Source: Candidatus Micrarchaeota archaeon
GTDB taxonomy: Archaea > Micrarchaeota > Micrarchaeia > Anstonellales > Bilamarchaeaceae
Direction: 5' to 3'
Length of the DNA: 64,000 bases
Assembly (NCBI GenBank): GCA_032123335.1
Contig: JAQBFN010000020.1
Span: forward strand, 11,691-75,690
Shown here: piece after piece, positions 1 to 10,110 of the stretch
Position numbering within the stretch: the first letter of the stretch is position 1
How the letters are laid out: the number at the start of each line of letters is the position of its first letter
Notes under the pieces: model-generated
Database searches by the model: none
Told to the model about the DNA's origin: nothing
Seen by the model: only the letters and a program-made list of their open reading frames with translations
Position numbers and translations under genes: made by a program

Positions 1-761
1 AGGGCAAATCCCCGAACAAGCACAACAAGTTCAAGATGTACGTGGAGCCCCTTGACCCGAAAATCATGGAAGCAATTGACCTCGGAACGATTCCGCAGGG
101 CAAGCCCAAGGGCAAGGAGCACATCCAGGCACTTGTTGACCTTGATATGCCTCGTGATGAAGCCAAAGGAATCTGGGACATCAAGGGCAGCAACATGTTC
201 GTTGATGTTACCAAGGGTGTCCAATATCTGAACGAAGTGCAGGAACTCGTGATTGAGGCATTTGAGGAGGCCATGACCAAGGGCCCGCTTGCACAAGAAA
301 CTGTAACTGGAGTGAAGGTAACGCTTGTGGATGTGGCCCTGCACGAAGATAATGTGCACAGGGGGCCTGCACAGGTAATCCCTGCAGTGAAGAGGCCGAT
401 TTACGCATGCATGATTAATGCTGGAGTTTCTTTGATGGAGCCGAAGCAGAAGGTCCTGATTACCACCCCACAGGAATACGGAGGGGATGTAATCAACATG
501 ACCAACGGAAGGCGTGGGGTTCTGCTTAACATGGAACAGGAGGGTGAGACCTCAGTAGTGCATAGTATTCTGCCTGTTGCTGAGCTCTTCGGGTTCTCCA
601 ACGCAATCCGAGGCTCCACACAAGGCCGCGCAACCTGGTACCAGGAATACTATGGGTATGAAAATGTGCCCAAGGACCTGGTTCCTAAGATTGTGAGGCA
701 CATCCGTGAGAGGAAAGGCCTCCAGCCCGAGCCGCCTACAGTCCAGACCTTCCTGGAATAG
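1..761 (+). CDS. fusA: Elongation factor EF-2, C-terminal part (5'-truncated by window edge)
   Basis: Frame is open from the window start (GKSPNKHNKF...). Contains the archaeal diphthamide loop LHEDNVHRGPAQVIPA and C-terminal IRERKGL. Confidence 0.97.
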   Translation, partial: GKSPNKHNKFKMYVEPLDPKIMEAIDLGTIPQGKPKGKEHIQALVDLDMPRDEAKGIWDIKGSNMFVDVTKGVQYLNEVQELVIEAFEEAMTKGPLAQETVTGVKVTLVDVALHEDNVHRGPAQVIPAVKRPIYACMINAGVSLMEPKQKVLITTPQEYGGDVINMTNGRRGVLLNMEQEGETSVVHSILPVAELFGFSNAIRGSTQGRATWYQEYYGYENVPKDLVPKIVRHIRERKGLQPEPPTVQTFLE

Positions 762-802
762 TTCTTTTCTTTTTTCCTTTTTCTTATCTTATTTCTGTTT
801 TT
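762..802 (+). terminator. T-rich archaeal-type terminator after fusA
   Basis: Long pyrimidine/T tract directly after the stop codon, between convergent genes. Confidence 0.5.
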
Positions 803-836
803 ACTAGGGTGTATGTAACCATGGTTACATAGCACT

Positions 837-1619
837 TCAAACAGCCCTAGCAAGTATACCTTGCAGGCGGGCTTTCTTCTTCAGAACTTTCCACCCACAC
901 TCCTCCAGCCTATTAGCAACTTCCCCCATAATATCCCGCTTCTTTTTCCCCATGCTCCCCACATAATGGAAAAGCAAAGCATCCTTTTTGCAAATCCTCC
1001 TAAGCTCCCTATAGAGTTCCCGCGAATACAATTCCCCAGCTTTACTAAACCTGGGAGGATCATGAATTACTTTTGTAAATTTCTCATCCTCCGCCCCCCT
1101 AATATAATCAAAACAGCTCTTCTCCCCAACAACCTCAATCCTTTTTCTCTCGAAAAGCTCCCTGCTCCACGGATTCCACTTCGCCATTGCAATCACCGCA
1201 GGCGAAAGCTCAACCGTAACAACCTTATCCGCTTTTTTGCTTGCAGCAATTGCAGTGTACCCCAACCCCATGCAGGTATCCAGCACAACATCGCTCTGCA
1301 CAAGCCTCAGTTCTCTCACAACCAATTTAGAATAATCAAATATATCTTCAAACTCTTTCACCAGATGCATCCTGAGCCCATCAATTTCCAGTATCGGCTT
1401 TCCTTTCATCATCCGCAGCCTATACAATCCATTATCAAAAACAGCAACCTTCCAAAGCTCCTTCCCATTCCATGCATAAACAAAATCCCCCTTTACTTCC
1501 TCCAGCGGAGCCCCCTCAAGCTCATCAGTAACCTCAATCGTGCTCCTCCCCAAATCCAGGGAAAGCTTCCGCTTCCCATCCAGATATTTCTCAACAAGCT
1601 CCTTCGTTAAATAAATCAT
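837..1619 (-). CDS. Archaeal SAM-dependent methyltransferase (COG2521-like)
   Basis: VLDTCMGLGYTAI motif I; IHDPPRFSKAGELYS. Confidence 0.85.
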   Translation of the reverse strand: MIYLTKELVEKYLDGKRKLSLDLGRSTIEVTDELEGAPLEEVKGDFVYAWNGKELWKVAVFDNGLYRLRMMKGKPILEIDGLRMHLVKEFEDIFDYSKLVVRELRLVQSDVVLDTCMGLGYTAIAASKKADKVVTVELSPAVIAMAKWNPWSRELFERKRIEVVGEKSCFDYIRGAEDEKFTKVIHDPPRFSKAGELYSRELYRELRRICKKDALLFHYVGSMGKKKRDIMGEVANRLEECGWKVLKKKARLQGILARAV

Positions 1620-1671
1620 TTAATCTCAATCCTCCCGAACCGCGGAGGGGGACACCCCCTCCCCAGATTTT

Positions 1672-2949
1672 TCATTTTATATCAATCCAGTCTGTTTCCA
1701 TGTAGCCCTGGAGCGCCTTTGGCACCCTAATTCCCTTATCTTCCTGGTGATTTTCCACCAGAGAAATAAAGCACCTCCCCACAGCCACACCGCTTCCATT
1801 CAAGGTATGCACAAACTCATTCTTTCCCTCCCTCCTGAACTTGATATTTGCCCTTCTCGCCTGGAACCCCTCGCAATTCGAGCAGGAGCTAATCTCCCTG
1901 TACTTGTCCTGGCTCGGAATCCACACCTCCAAATCATATGTTTTAGTGGCCCCAAAGCCCAAATCCCCGGTGCACAGCTCAATAACCCTATAAGGCAACT
2001 CAAGCCCCTGCAGAACCTTTTCCGCATCTACAGTAAGCGATTCAAGCTCCTTGTAGCTCTCCTCCGGTTTTGCAAACTTAACCAGTTCCACTTTCCCAAA
2101 CTGGTGCTGCCTCATCAGCCCTTTAATATCCCTTCCATATTCTCCCGCTTCCCTCCTGAAACACTGCGTAAATGCACAATACTTAAGCGGAAGCTTCTCC
2201 TCCCCCAAAACCTCATCCCTGTGCACGTTCACAAGCGGAACCTCCGCAGTCGGAATCATCCACAGCTGGTTCTGGATTTCCGCTTCCTCGGTCTGGTACA
2301 AATCCGTCCTGAATTTCGGGAGCTGCCCCGTTCCCACAAGGCACTCCTCCTTAACCATGTACGGAAGCCCAAACTCCGTATACCCGGCGCTCTCCGCCAT
2401 CTTAAGCATATACTGCGCAAGCGTCCTCTCCAGCTTTGCAGCCCATCCCTTCATTATCGTAAACCTGTGCCCCCCAAGCTTGGCCCCCCTCTCAAAATCA
2501 ATCGCCCCCGTACGCGCCCCAAGCTCATAGTGCGGTTCCACATCCCCACTCTTCTTTGAAGGCTTTCCCCACTTCCTCAGTTCCACATTCCCACTCTCAT
2601 CCTTCCCCTCCGGAACACTATCATGCGGGATATTCGGAATAGTAAGCATCAACGCATTTCTTTTCTCCTCAAATTTTTTCTCCGCCTCCCCGATTTTCTC
2701 AAGCTTTTTCGCAATCTTCTCCCCCTTCTCCAGCAGTTCTGAAGCATCATCCCCCTTCTTTTTCGCTTCCGCTATCTGTGGCCCCAGTTTGTTCCGCTCA
2801 GCCCGAAGCTCGTCCGCCTCCCCCTTCTCATTTCTCCACTCCTCATCCAGCTTTACCATCTTCTCCAAAATCCCCCCATCTTCCCCCCTGAGTGCAAGAG
2901 CCTTCTCCACTTTTTCCGGCTCCTTCCTGAGCAATTCTGTGTCAATCAT
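1672..2949 (-). CDS. serS: Seryl-tRNA synthetase (bacterial/eukaryal type)
   Basis: N-terminal coiled-coil arm; IPTAEVPL, FRREAG, REISSCSNC, HTLNGSGVAVGR. Confidence 0.98.
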   Translation of the reverse strand: MIDTELLRKEPEKVEKALALRGEDGGILEKMVKLDEEWRNEKGEADELRAERNKLGPQIAEAKKKGDDASELLEKGEKIAKKLEKIGEAEKKFEEKRNALMLTIPNIPHDSVPEGKDESGNVELRKWGKPSKKSGDVEPHYELGARTGAIDFERGAKLGGHRFTIMKGWAAKLERTLAQYMLKMAESAGYTEFGLPYMVKEECLVGTGQLPKFRTDLYQTEEAEIQNQLWMIPTAEVPLVNVHRDEVLGEEKLPLKYCAFTQCFRREAGEYGRDIKGLMRQHQFGKVELVKFAKPEESYKELESLTVDAEKVLQGLELPYRVIELCTGDLGFGATKTYDLEVWIPSQDKYREISSCSNCEGFQARRANIKFRREGKNEFVHTLNGSGVAVGRCFISLVENHQEDKGIRVPKALQGYMETDWIDIK

Positions 2950-3099
2950 GAACATTACCTCTCAATATCTCTATTCAGAAATCTTTAAATCCCCAGTGGC
3001 GTATTGGAGCACTTCCATAACCCCACTGCAGCACGTACTCCAAAACGCCAACATCACGCTTTTAATATATTTCCATAAATAGAATTTCCTGCTTAATCA

Positions 3100-3174
3100 G
3101 CTCCTGTAGTCTAGCCCGGTCAAGGACTCCGGACTCTCACTCCGGTAGCCCGGGTTCGAATCCCGGCGGGAGCA
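3100..3174 (+). tRNA. tRNA-Glu (CTC)
   Basis: Acceptor GCTCCTG/CGGGAGC; anticodon arm CCGGA-ctCTCac-TCCGG; GTTCGAATC T-loop; no encoded CCA. Confidence 0.95.
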
Positions 3175-3209
3175 CTTCAATTTTTATAATCATTATTCGT
3201 TTCTAAGCT

Positions 3210-3905
3210 ATGCCTTCTGCAAAAGAAATCCTTTCCAAACTCAAAAAACTCGAAAACAAAAAGAACAAAGAAGGAATGGCCCGCTACGGAATAAACACAG
3301 AAAATGCATATGGAATTTCCCTCCCAATTCTCAGGAAAATAGCCAAAGACCTCAAGACAGACCACAAACTCTCAATTGAACTCTGGAAAACCAAGAACCA
3401 TGAAGCAAGGATGCTCGCCTGCTTTATAGGCGACCCAAAGCAAGTTACTGAATCCCAGATGGAATCATGGGTTAAGGATTTCAACTCATGGGATATCTGC
3501 GACCAGTGCTGCAGCAACCTTTTCGACCGTACTCCATATGCCTACAAAAAAGCAGCAGAATGGGCAAAAAGAAAAGAGGAATTTGTAAAGCGTGCAGGGT
3601 TTGTTTTAATGGCCGCCCTCTCAGTTCACGACAAGAAAGCTCTGGATTCCAAATTCACCAAATTCTTTCCCCTGATAAAAAAACATTCCACCGACGAAAG
3701 AAACTACGTAAAAAAAGCAGTGAACTGGACCCTCCGCCAAATCGGAAAGCGCAATCTCCCCCTAAACAAAAAAGCAATCCAACTGGTAAAAGAAATAAAG
3801 AAAATCGATTCAAAATCCGCAAGATGGATCGCTTCCGATGCGCTAAGGGAGCTCGAAAGCCCCAAAGTACAGCAAAGGCTAAAAAAGGCAAAACCCAAAA
3901 AGTGA
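3210..3905 (+). CDS. DNA alkylation repair protein, AlkD/HEAT-like family
   Basis: FNSWDICDQCC, DERNYVKKAVNWTLRQIGKRN and ARWIASDALREL match the AlkD-like family. Confidence 0.9.
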   Translation: MPSAKEILSKLKKLENKKNKEGMARYGINTENAYGISLPILRKIAKDLKTDHKLSIELWKTKNHEARMLACFIGDPKQVTESQMESWVKDFNSWDICDQCCSNLFDRTPYAYKKAAEWAKRKEEFVKRAGFVLMAALSVHDKKALDSKFTKFFPLIKKHSTDERNYVKKAVNWTLRQIGKRNLPLNKKAIQLVKEIKKIDSKSARWIASDALRELESPKVQQRLKKAKPKK

Positions 3906-3909
3906 AACC

Positions 3910-4227
3910 ATGCTCAAATATGCATTCTTCGCCCTATTGCTCTTTTCCCTCTCTTTCAGCGTAGTAGGCGCTCAGTGCCACGACTTCGAGCAGTACTGCA
4001 AAAAGGAATCCTGCACCAGGGCCGGCGGGCAAATAAATGAATACAACACCTGCTCAAAACCAGAAGGATTCAATGAAGAAATATACAAGGAAGAACTGGA
4101 CAACTGCGCGTTCAATTACGATTACTGCGTAGAAAACGATGGAGTAGTACGGAACATGTCCTGCTGTGGCCCAGTATTCATTTTCCTGTTTGCGCTACTG
4201 GTCCTCTATGCGGATGGTACTCGATAA
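3910..4227 (+). CDS. Small secreted Cys-rich protein with CGP-CTERM-like tail
   Basis: N-terminal signal peptide; ends CCGP + hydrophobic helix. 3' end overlaps the convergent MFS gene by 50 bp. Confidence 0.7.
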   Translation: MLKYAFFALLLFSLSFSVVGAQCHDFEQYCKKESCTRAGGQINEYNTCSKPEGFNEEIYKEELDNCAFNYDYCVENDGVVRNMSCCGPVFIFLFALLVLYADGTR

Positions 4228-5359
4228 TAGTCTTCTTTTTCCCATCAAAATCATCCATTATCTTTTTTCCCAGCACCACAAATCCTGAGAGAAGCACTGC
4301 AGAAAACACAAACATTGCTTCCGTCCCAAACGCTTCAAGTGCAAAACCCGCACCTGCAAATACCACGAAAGCCCCAAGATTAGTAGGTGCAATAAGCGTT
4401 GCAATCCTCGCTGAAACCCCCCGTTTCCCAGCTTCCACAAGGTACCCAATCATACCCTCATTCAGCCCAAAGCAAACCCCGAACCCAAACCCTGCCAGCA
4501 TAAGCACCGCGCTGAAGTACTGCCCTGCAAAAGGAAGCATAACAATCATTGGAATCGCCATAAGCTGGAAGAACAGCAGCCTGCCCTCATCCATTTTCAT
4601 CCTTACGCTCAGTAAACTCCCCATCCCCATGGACAGGTAGAATGCAGTAAGCATAATCGCAATCTCAAGGTAGCTCATTCCCATGTCAATGTCCATCATT
4701 ACCGGAAGCAGGAAAGTGAACAGCAGCATAAACGAAACATTCACAAGCACAACTGCAGCAGACACATGCCAGAAATCCAGGTGCCTCTTTTGTATATTGA
4801 ACAGGCTCCTCCAATCCGGCTTTTCCATATTCGCTCCCCTATTCACAAGAGTAAGCGAAATCACTATCCCCACAAGCCCAATCGCAATAAGGACCGCAAA
4901 AACCATCTCGAACGAAAAATAAGCTATAATCAGCCCTGCCCCAATCAGCCCCATCGCAGCCCCAAAAGATCTCAAAACCCCCATCAATGTCAGGTACTTT
5001 TTCTCATGCGCCCTCGCCATTATCGCAGTACGGTCCACTGCCCAGAAAAATGCATCCGTAGCACCCTCACTTATTTTCCCAAGCCCAAACATCAAAGGTG
5101 TTTTCGCAAACAGCAGAATCACATTAGTTATCGTATGGAAAACAGTATTTGCAATAAAGAATGGCTTCACCCCCTTCACATCCGCAAACACAGAAGAAAT
5201 AGTCCTCACAATCAGGAACGCAAGCGGAAGCAAAGAAAGAATCAGCCCAATCTCCCCAACATCTATCCCCCGGCTGATAAGGTAAAGCGGAAGCGTAACC
5301 GTAAGCGCCCCATACTTAAATTGCTGGATGAAGTTGAGAGTGCCTATCTTCCTGAGCAT
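4178..5359 (-). CDS. MFS transporter
   Basis: About 12 hydrophobic segments; motif A-like SVFADVKGVK. Confidence 0.85.
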   Translation of the reverse strand: MLRKIGTLNFIQQFKYGALTVTLPLYLISRGIDVGEIGLILSLLPLAFLIVRTISSVFADVKGVKPFFIANTVFHTITNVILLFAKTPLMFGLGKISEGATDAFFWAVDRTAIMARAHEKKYLTLMGVLRSFGAAMGLIGAGLIIAYFSFEMVFAVLIAIGLVGIVISLTLVNRGANMEKPDWRSLFNIQKRHLDFWHVSAAVVLVNVSFMLLFTFLLPVMMDIDMGMSYLEIAIMLTAFYLSMGMGSLLSVRMKMDEGRLLFFQLMAIPMIVMLPFAGQYFSAVLMLAGFGFGVCFGLNEGMIGYLVEAGKRGVSARIATLIAPTNLGAFVVFAGAGFALEAFGTEAMFVFSAVLLSGFVVLGKKIMDDFDGKKKTIIEYHPHRGPVAQTGK

Positions 5360-5428
5360 GTTCTTTCTTCCCCTTCTCCTTTCACTATTCCCTTAACCTT
5401 TTAATTTAATTCCCCCACTTCTCTCCCT

Positions 5429-6070
5429 ATGCTCGATGAACAGCTCAGGGAACAGGTAAGGAAAAAACTCTCTTCCGAAATGAAGGGAAACGTAAAGCTT
5501 ATACTTTTTGGTGAAGGCAACGACTGCACTTACTGCCTTGAATACAAAGAACTCGTAGAAGAACTCGCATCCCTAAGCGAAAAACTCTCATCAGAAGTCC
5601 ATCCCTTTTCTTCCCCGGAGCGCGAAAAATACGGCGTAGACATCGCCCCCTCTTTAGTAGTTTATTCCGAAGAGCACGATACAAGCGCAATCTTTTGCGG
5701 ACCCCCCGGCTCCCATTTTTTCATAATCCTGCTCGAAGACATACTCGATGCCTCCCGCGGTTCCCCCGATATCTCCAAAGAAGTAATTGAAAAAGCAAAA
5801 GCCATAGATTTCCCCGTAAAAATCCGGGTGTTCGCTTCCCAGACCTGCCCCCACTGCCCCCCCGCAGTAAAAGCGGCGCACGATTTTTCCCTCATCAACC
5901 CAAAAATAAAAGCCCAGATGGTCAACAGCTCCTTTTTCCCTGCACTCTGCCAAAAATACCGCGTAATGGGAGTCCCCAAAACAGTAATCAATGATAGGAT
6001 CGAATTCACGGGTGCGCAGCCCCCAAGCGAGCTCCTGAAACACATCCTCAGGCTTAAGGAAAATCCCTGA
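5429..6070 (+). CDS. Protein disulfide oxidoreductase (two thioredoxin folds)
   Basis: CTYC and CPHC motifs; VMGVPKTVIN cis-Pro region. Confidence 0.9.
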   Translation: MLDEQLREQVRKKLSSEMKGNVKLILFGEGNDCTYCLEYKELVEELASLSEKLSSEVHPFSSPEREKYGVDIAPSLVVYSEEHDTSAIFCGPPGSHFFIILLEDILDASRGSPDISKEVIEKAKAIDFPVKIRVFASQTCPHCPPAVKAAHDFSLINPKIKAQMVNSSFFPALCQKYRVMGVPKTVINDRIEFTGAQPPSELLKHILRLKENP

Positions 6071-6113
6071 CATGGGAAACCCTTAAATACCTATTATCAC
6101 CGAATAAACACGT

Positions 6114-7529
6114 ATGAATTTTGAGAGTACTGCAGAAGTGCCAATTCCCCAAGACCCCTTAGAAAGGGTGATAGGCCAGGAAGAAGCAGTAAAAATCTCT
6201 CGCATAGTCTCAACTCAGAAGCGCCATCTCCTGATGGTAGGCGCCCCCGGTACAGGGAAAAGCATGATTGCGCGCACTATCGCCAACCTTTTTCATTCCC
6301 CACAGCAGGAACTCTCAGTTTTGCACAATATGGAACGCCCCGAGCGCCCGATACTTGCGGTGCGCACAAGGGAAATGCTCGAAAGGGAAAAAGGCGAAAA
6401 GGAAAAGGAATGGGGCGAGGTTCTCCATCCTGCAGAAGTTCCCTCATTTGTTTCTGAAAGGCTGGGGTTCCGCTGCAGGAGGTGCGGAGACCTTTCCATC
6501 TCCCGTGCCCTCTATTGCCAGTCCTGCGGAGCTGACAAGCATCCCAACAAGGACTCCCCCTTTGGAGACCTACTCCCAAACTCTGAACAGCGCGATGGCC
6601 GCGTCCACGCAGTCCGCATAGATGAAGAGGGGGAAGAGGAGCCGGTAATCTACGAAAAAACCGAAGATGACCGCATCCGCAAGCTTACCTATACTGAGCT
6701 CAAGAAGCGCAGCGTTTCAAGCGCAAAGAAGCTCCGCAAGGTAATCGTTCCGCTCAACCGCCCCACATTTGTCCAGGTGGTTGGAAACAACGAAACCGAA
6801 CTCCTCGGTGATGTTCGCCATGACCCATATGGGAGCCACCCTGAAATCGGGACTCCCCCTTACCTCCGCGTAACCGCGGGCGCAATCCACGAAGCCCACG
6901 AAGGCGTCCTTTACGTGGATGAGATGACCACGCTTGGGGAAGCCCAGAAATATCTCCTCACCGCAATGCAGGAAAAAAAATTCCTGATCACCGGACGAAA
7001 TCCCTCCAGCGCAGGCTCCACGGTTCGCGTTGAATCCGTTCCCTGCGACTTCATACTCGTAGGCGCAATGAACATCAATGACCTTCCTTCCCTTTCACCC
7101 GCACTCCGCTCAAGAATCCGCGGAAGCGGCTACGAAATTGTCCTCAACACAAACATGGAAGACACTAACTACAACCAGGAAAAAATGTCCCAGTTTGTTG
7201 CCCAGGAAATCCAGATGGATGGCCGCATCCCCCACGCCACCGCAGAAGCAGTGGAAAAAGTACTGGAGGAATCCCGCAAGATTTGCAGGATCACGGACAA
7301 CAAATCCGGCCTCACGCTCCGCCTCCGCATCCTTAGCGGAATCATAAAGCTCGCAGGCGACTTCGCCTCCATAGAAAATTCCAAATTCATAGAGTCGGCC
7401 CACATGACCCAGGCAATAAAGCAGGCCAAATCCGCAGAGGAGCAACTTGAAGAAAAATACGGAAACATCTGGAGCGCAGGCATGGCTGATTACGGTGCCC
7501 GCCTCAAAAAAGGCTCAGAAATCGCCTAA
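6114..7529 (+). CDS. LonB-like AAA+ ATPase with zinc ribbon, lacking protease domain
   Basis: VIGQEEAV, Walker A GAPGTGKS, Walker B LYVDE, LLGDVRHDPYG, GAIHEAHEG; CRRC...CQSC insert; ends before any protease domain. Confidence 0.85.
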   Translation: MNFESTAEVPIPQDPLERVIGQEEAVKISRIVSTQKRHLLMVGAPGTGKSMIARTIANLFHSPQQELSVLHNMERPERPILAVRTREMLEREKGEKEKEWGEVLHPAEVPSFVSERLGFRCRRCGDLSISRALYCQSCGADKHPNKDSPFGDLLPNSEQRDGRVHAVRIDEEGEEEPVIYEKTEDDRIRKLTYTELKKRSVSSAKKLRKVIVPLNRPTFVQVVGNNETELLGDVRHDPYGSHPEIGTPPYLRVTAGAIHEAHEGVLYVDEMTTLGEAQKYLLTAMQEKKFLITGRNPSSAGSTVRVESVPCDFILVGAMNINDLPSLSPALRSRIRGSGYEIVLNTNMEDTNYNQEKMSQFVAQEIQMDGRIPHATAEAVEKVLEESRKICRITDNKSGLTLRLRILSGIIKLAGDFASIENSKFIESAHMTQAIKQAKSAEEQLEEKYGNIWSAGMADYGARLKKGSEIA

Positions 7530-7595
7530 TTGTTGCTCTTCGTGTAAATACGAGTATATTTATATCTTTTTATCCCTAAATATATCCTGGTAATC

Positions 7596-8144
7596 ATGGG
7601 AAATGAAAAAGATGATGAAACGCCCAGCAGCCTTGATGATGCATTCGCAGCAATTGCAGGAATGCAATCAGTTTCCCCAGGCCCCTCAATTTTCGAGCAG
7701 CCCACAATAATGCCTCTCCCTGCAGGGGAGGAAGCAGAAAAACAGCCCGTTGTGTACCTTTCCCTTACCGAGAGGATAAACCTTGAGGAGTCCCTCCTGA
7801 AAAACTGCAGCAGCGAGACAAAGAACTGCGCTGCTGATTCGCTCGTTGAATTTGCAGACTCCGATGAATGCACAATCGTTCATTCAAGAAGGATTTTGGA
7901 TATCCTTACATTCTACAACAAAGAGAATGAAAGCCAGTTTTCTTCGCAGCTCCGCAAAGTAAAGAAATGCTTCGATAATCTGCTTGGCATATCTCATATG
8001 GAAACAATAGAATTCGAAAAAAGGGACACCTGGCCATATGAACCTGAAAGGCGAATCATGCCCCCGCGCGAAGGGAGGCAGGGCCCGAAAAAATCCCCTA
8101 TGGATACAACCCTGAAGATAGGCAAATCTACTTCTAAAAAATAG
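7596..8144 (+). CDS. Hypothetical protein
   Basis: 182-aa ORF with upstream TATA-like element; no recognised motif. Confidence 0.6.
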   Translation: MGNEKDDETPSSLDDAFAAIAGMQSVSPGPSIFEQPTIMPLPAGEEAEKQPVVYLSLTERINLEESLLKNCSSETKNCAADSLVEFADSDECTIVHSRRILDILTFYNKENESQFSSQLRKVKKCFDNLLGISHMETIEFEKRDTWPYEPERRIMPPREGRQGPKKSPMDTTLKIGKSTSKK

Positions 8145-8243
8145 TTAAGGGCGGAGGGGGAGAGGACAAACAACTGTGTGGGTGGGAGGTGAGCTGCCCT
8201 TCTCCGGTCGCCTCGCGCCTAATACTCTCCGCTTTCGCGGAAA

Positions 8244-8675
8244 TTAGCGCAAGAGGAAGTACATTTTTCTTCCTACTTGTATTTTTTCCAGAACACCCTG
8301 CTTCGTTAGCCTATTCAGCCTCGAGCTCGCTGCATTGCTGCCCTTGTAACCGAATTCTTTCTGAACATCCCGTGCGGTGGACTTGCCTGCCTTGGCAACA
8401 AAGTCTACTATTTTCTGGTCTATTTCGGAGAGGAACGCGTTTTGGGGAGGTACGCTCGCTTCCTTACCAGCCTCGATCTTATCCAACCGCGCCAGGACAT
8501 TCTTTAGTACTCGGTTCGTGTTTTCCCTTTCTTCCAGGAGCTTGTAGGCTATGGTCGCTAGCACTACCGGGTCCTTGAATTTCTCAAGGTTCTCCCTCAA
8601 CTCTTCCTCTATTTCTTTCTGGAGGTACGGGGACGGCACGCTTTTAAACTTTTCCTTCGATTGTCTCTCGGGCAT
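8244..8675 (-). CDS. Coiled-coil + winged-HTH putative transcription regulator
   Basis: C-terminal LSEIDQKIVDFV...ASSRLNRLTKQGVLEKIQVGRKMYF wHTH pattern. Confidence 0.75.
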   Translation of the reverse strand: MPERQSKEKFKSVPSPYLQKEIEEELRENLEKFKDPVVLATIAYKLLEERENTNRVLKNVLARLDKIEAGKEASVPPQNAFLSEIDQKIVDFVAKAGKSTARDVQKEFGYKGSNAASSRLNRLTKQGVLEKIQVGRKMYFLLR

Positions 8676-8869
8676 TTTTTACTTGCCTCACTTGGGTGTC
8701 TGTTGTTGCGACAAACTTGTGCAACTGTCATGACATTATCATGATAAGTTTATAAGCCTCACATTTTCCCCTCTTCTCTCCGTCGAAACTCTTTTTCAAA
8801 ATAGCCCCAAAAATGCCCTTTTTTGCCCCAAATAGCTCAATTTTTATAAGTTACTCCAGATACTCCAAC

Positions 8870-9427
8870 ATGCTCGACCTCCCGACTGCCGCCAAATTGG
8901 TGCAAGACGCATTCAGGACCAGGAACCAGCGCAAGATGCGCAAGGCTAATGACAAGATCATGAGGGAATGGATTCTCTCTCCTTCCAATGAGCTATACCA
9001 ACTCTCCGTTTACTCATATGTGCTCGCGAAAATACTTTCCAAGCCCCGCTTCATGGGCAGAACATACTCGGGAAAGCACAAGGAAATAGATTCCCTCCTT
9101 TCACGGCTCGTTTCCCTTGCACAAAAAAACAACCAAAAGGAATTCTCCCAAACCCTCCTCACCCTCAAGGCATCAATCCAGGATGTGGAAAGCTCGGATG
9201 CGCGATACATAAAGAACATGATGGAAAAGGGCCGCCTCAAAACCGCGGCCACCCTTTATGCACAGGGCATATCGCTTTCTGCCGCCTCCGAAATGACCGG
9301 AGTGGAGAAACAGGAGATAATGGACTATGCGGGAAAAACCCTGATGTTTGACCGCATGGGAGAAGGGGAAAACCTTCCCAAGCGCCTGAAAAAAGCAAGG
9401 AAAATACTCATGGGTGGTAAAAAATGA
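8870..9427 (+). CDS. Hypothetical protein with C-terminal UPF0175/COG2886-like HTH
   Basis: ATLYAQGISLSAASEMTGVEKQEIMDY; ATGA overlap with the next gene. Confidence 0.7.
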   Translation: MLDLPTAAKLVQDAFRTRNQRKMRKANDKIMREWILSPSNELYQLSVYSYVLAKILSKPRFMGRTYSGKHKEIDSLLSRLVSLAQKNNQKEFSQTLLTLKASIQDVESSDARYIKNMMEKGRLKTAATLYAQGISLSAASEMTGVEKQEIMDYAGKTLMFDRMGEGENLPKRLKKARKILMGGKK

Positions 9428-10110
9428 AAACCAACTACGTTCTCTGTGATGCGAGCTCCCTCATTTCCCTCACAGTCTCCTGCCTCGATAGCCTTCTCCC
9501 GTTTTTCCAGGAGAAGTTCGGGATTCGCTTCCTGATTCCCAAATCAGTTGAATATGAAGCAGTAACCCGCCCACTTTCTTTCAAGAGCAAGATACACAGC
9601 TTTTCCGCCCTCCGCATCAAGGACATGATACATGATGAGGTAATTGAAGTAGTTTCTGATAACGCAGAAGAGGAAACAAAGGAGCTGATGAGGCTTGGAA
9701 ACAGCATATTCCATGCACGTGGCCGCACTGTCCGCCTAATGCACATGGGCGAAACCGAGATGCTCGTTCTTGCAAGCCGCCTCCAGGTACCATCTCTCCT
9801 CATGGATGAGCGCACAACCCGCATACTTGTAGAGGATCCAATCTCAATGAAGAAGCACCTCCAGCATGAATTCCGTGCAAACATAATGGTGAACAAGAAG
9901 AATCTCCTGGATTTCTCTTCCAAGGTAAAAGACCTGGACGTAATCCGCAGCACCGAGCTTCTTTACCTCGCATATGAAAACGGCTTCCTCAAGCACTTCA
10001 ACGACATAGAAAAAGACGCTGCGGAAGCAGCCCTTTACAATCTCAAATACGCGGGCTGCGCAGTAAGCTTCAACGAACTCAAGGAATATGCAAAGTTGAT
10101 GGTGAAATGA
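9424..10110 (+). CDS. PIN-domain protein (COG2405/DUF3368-like)
   Basis: VLCDASSLI, IPKSVEYE, HMGETEMLVLA and LLMDER supply the PIN acidic residues. Confidence 0.8.
   Translation: MKTNYVLCDASSLISLTVSCLDSLLPFFQEKFGIRFLIPKSVEYEAVTRPLSFKSKIHSFSALRIKDMIHDEVIEVVSDNAEEETKELMRLGNSIFHARGRTVRLMHMGETEMLVLASRLQVPSLLMDERTTRILVEDPISMKKHLQHEFRANIMVNKKNLLDFSSKVKDLDVIRSTELLYLAYENGFLKHFNDIEKDAAEAALYNLKYAGCAVSFNELKEYAKLMVK

Noticed and set aside
3100..5359. Integrated element at tRNA-Glu
   Set aside because: No integrase, and no duplicated tRNA 3' end was seen.
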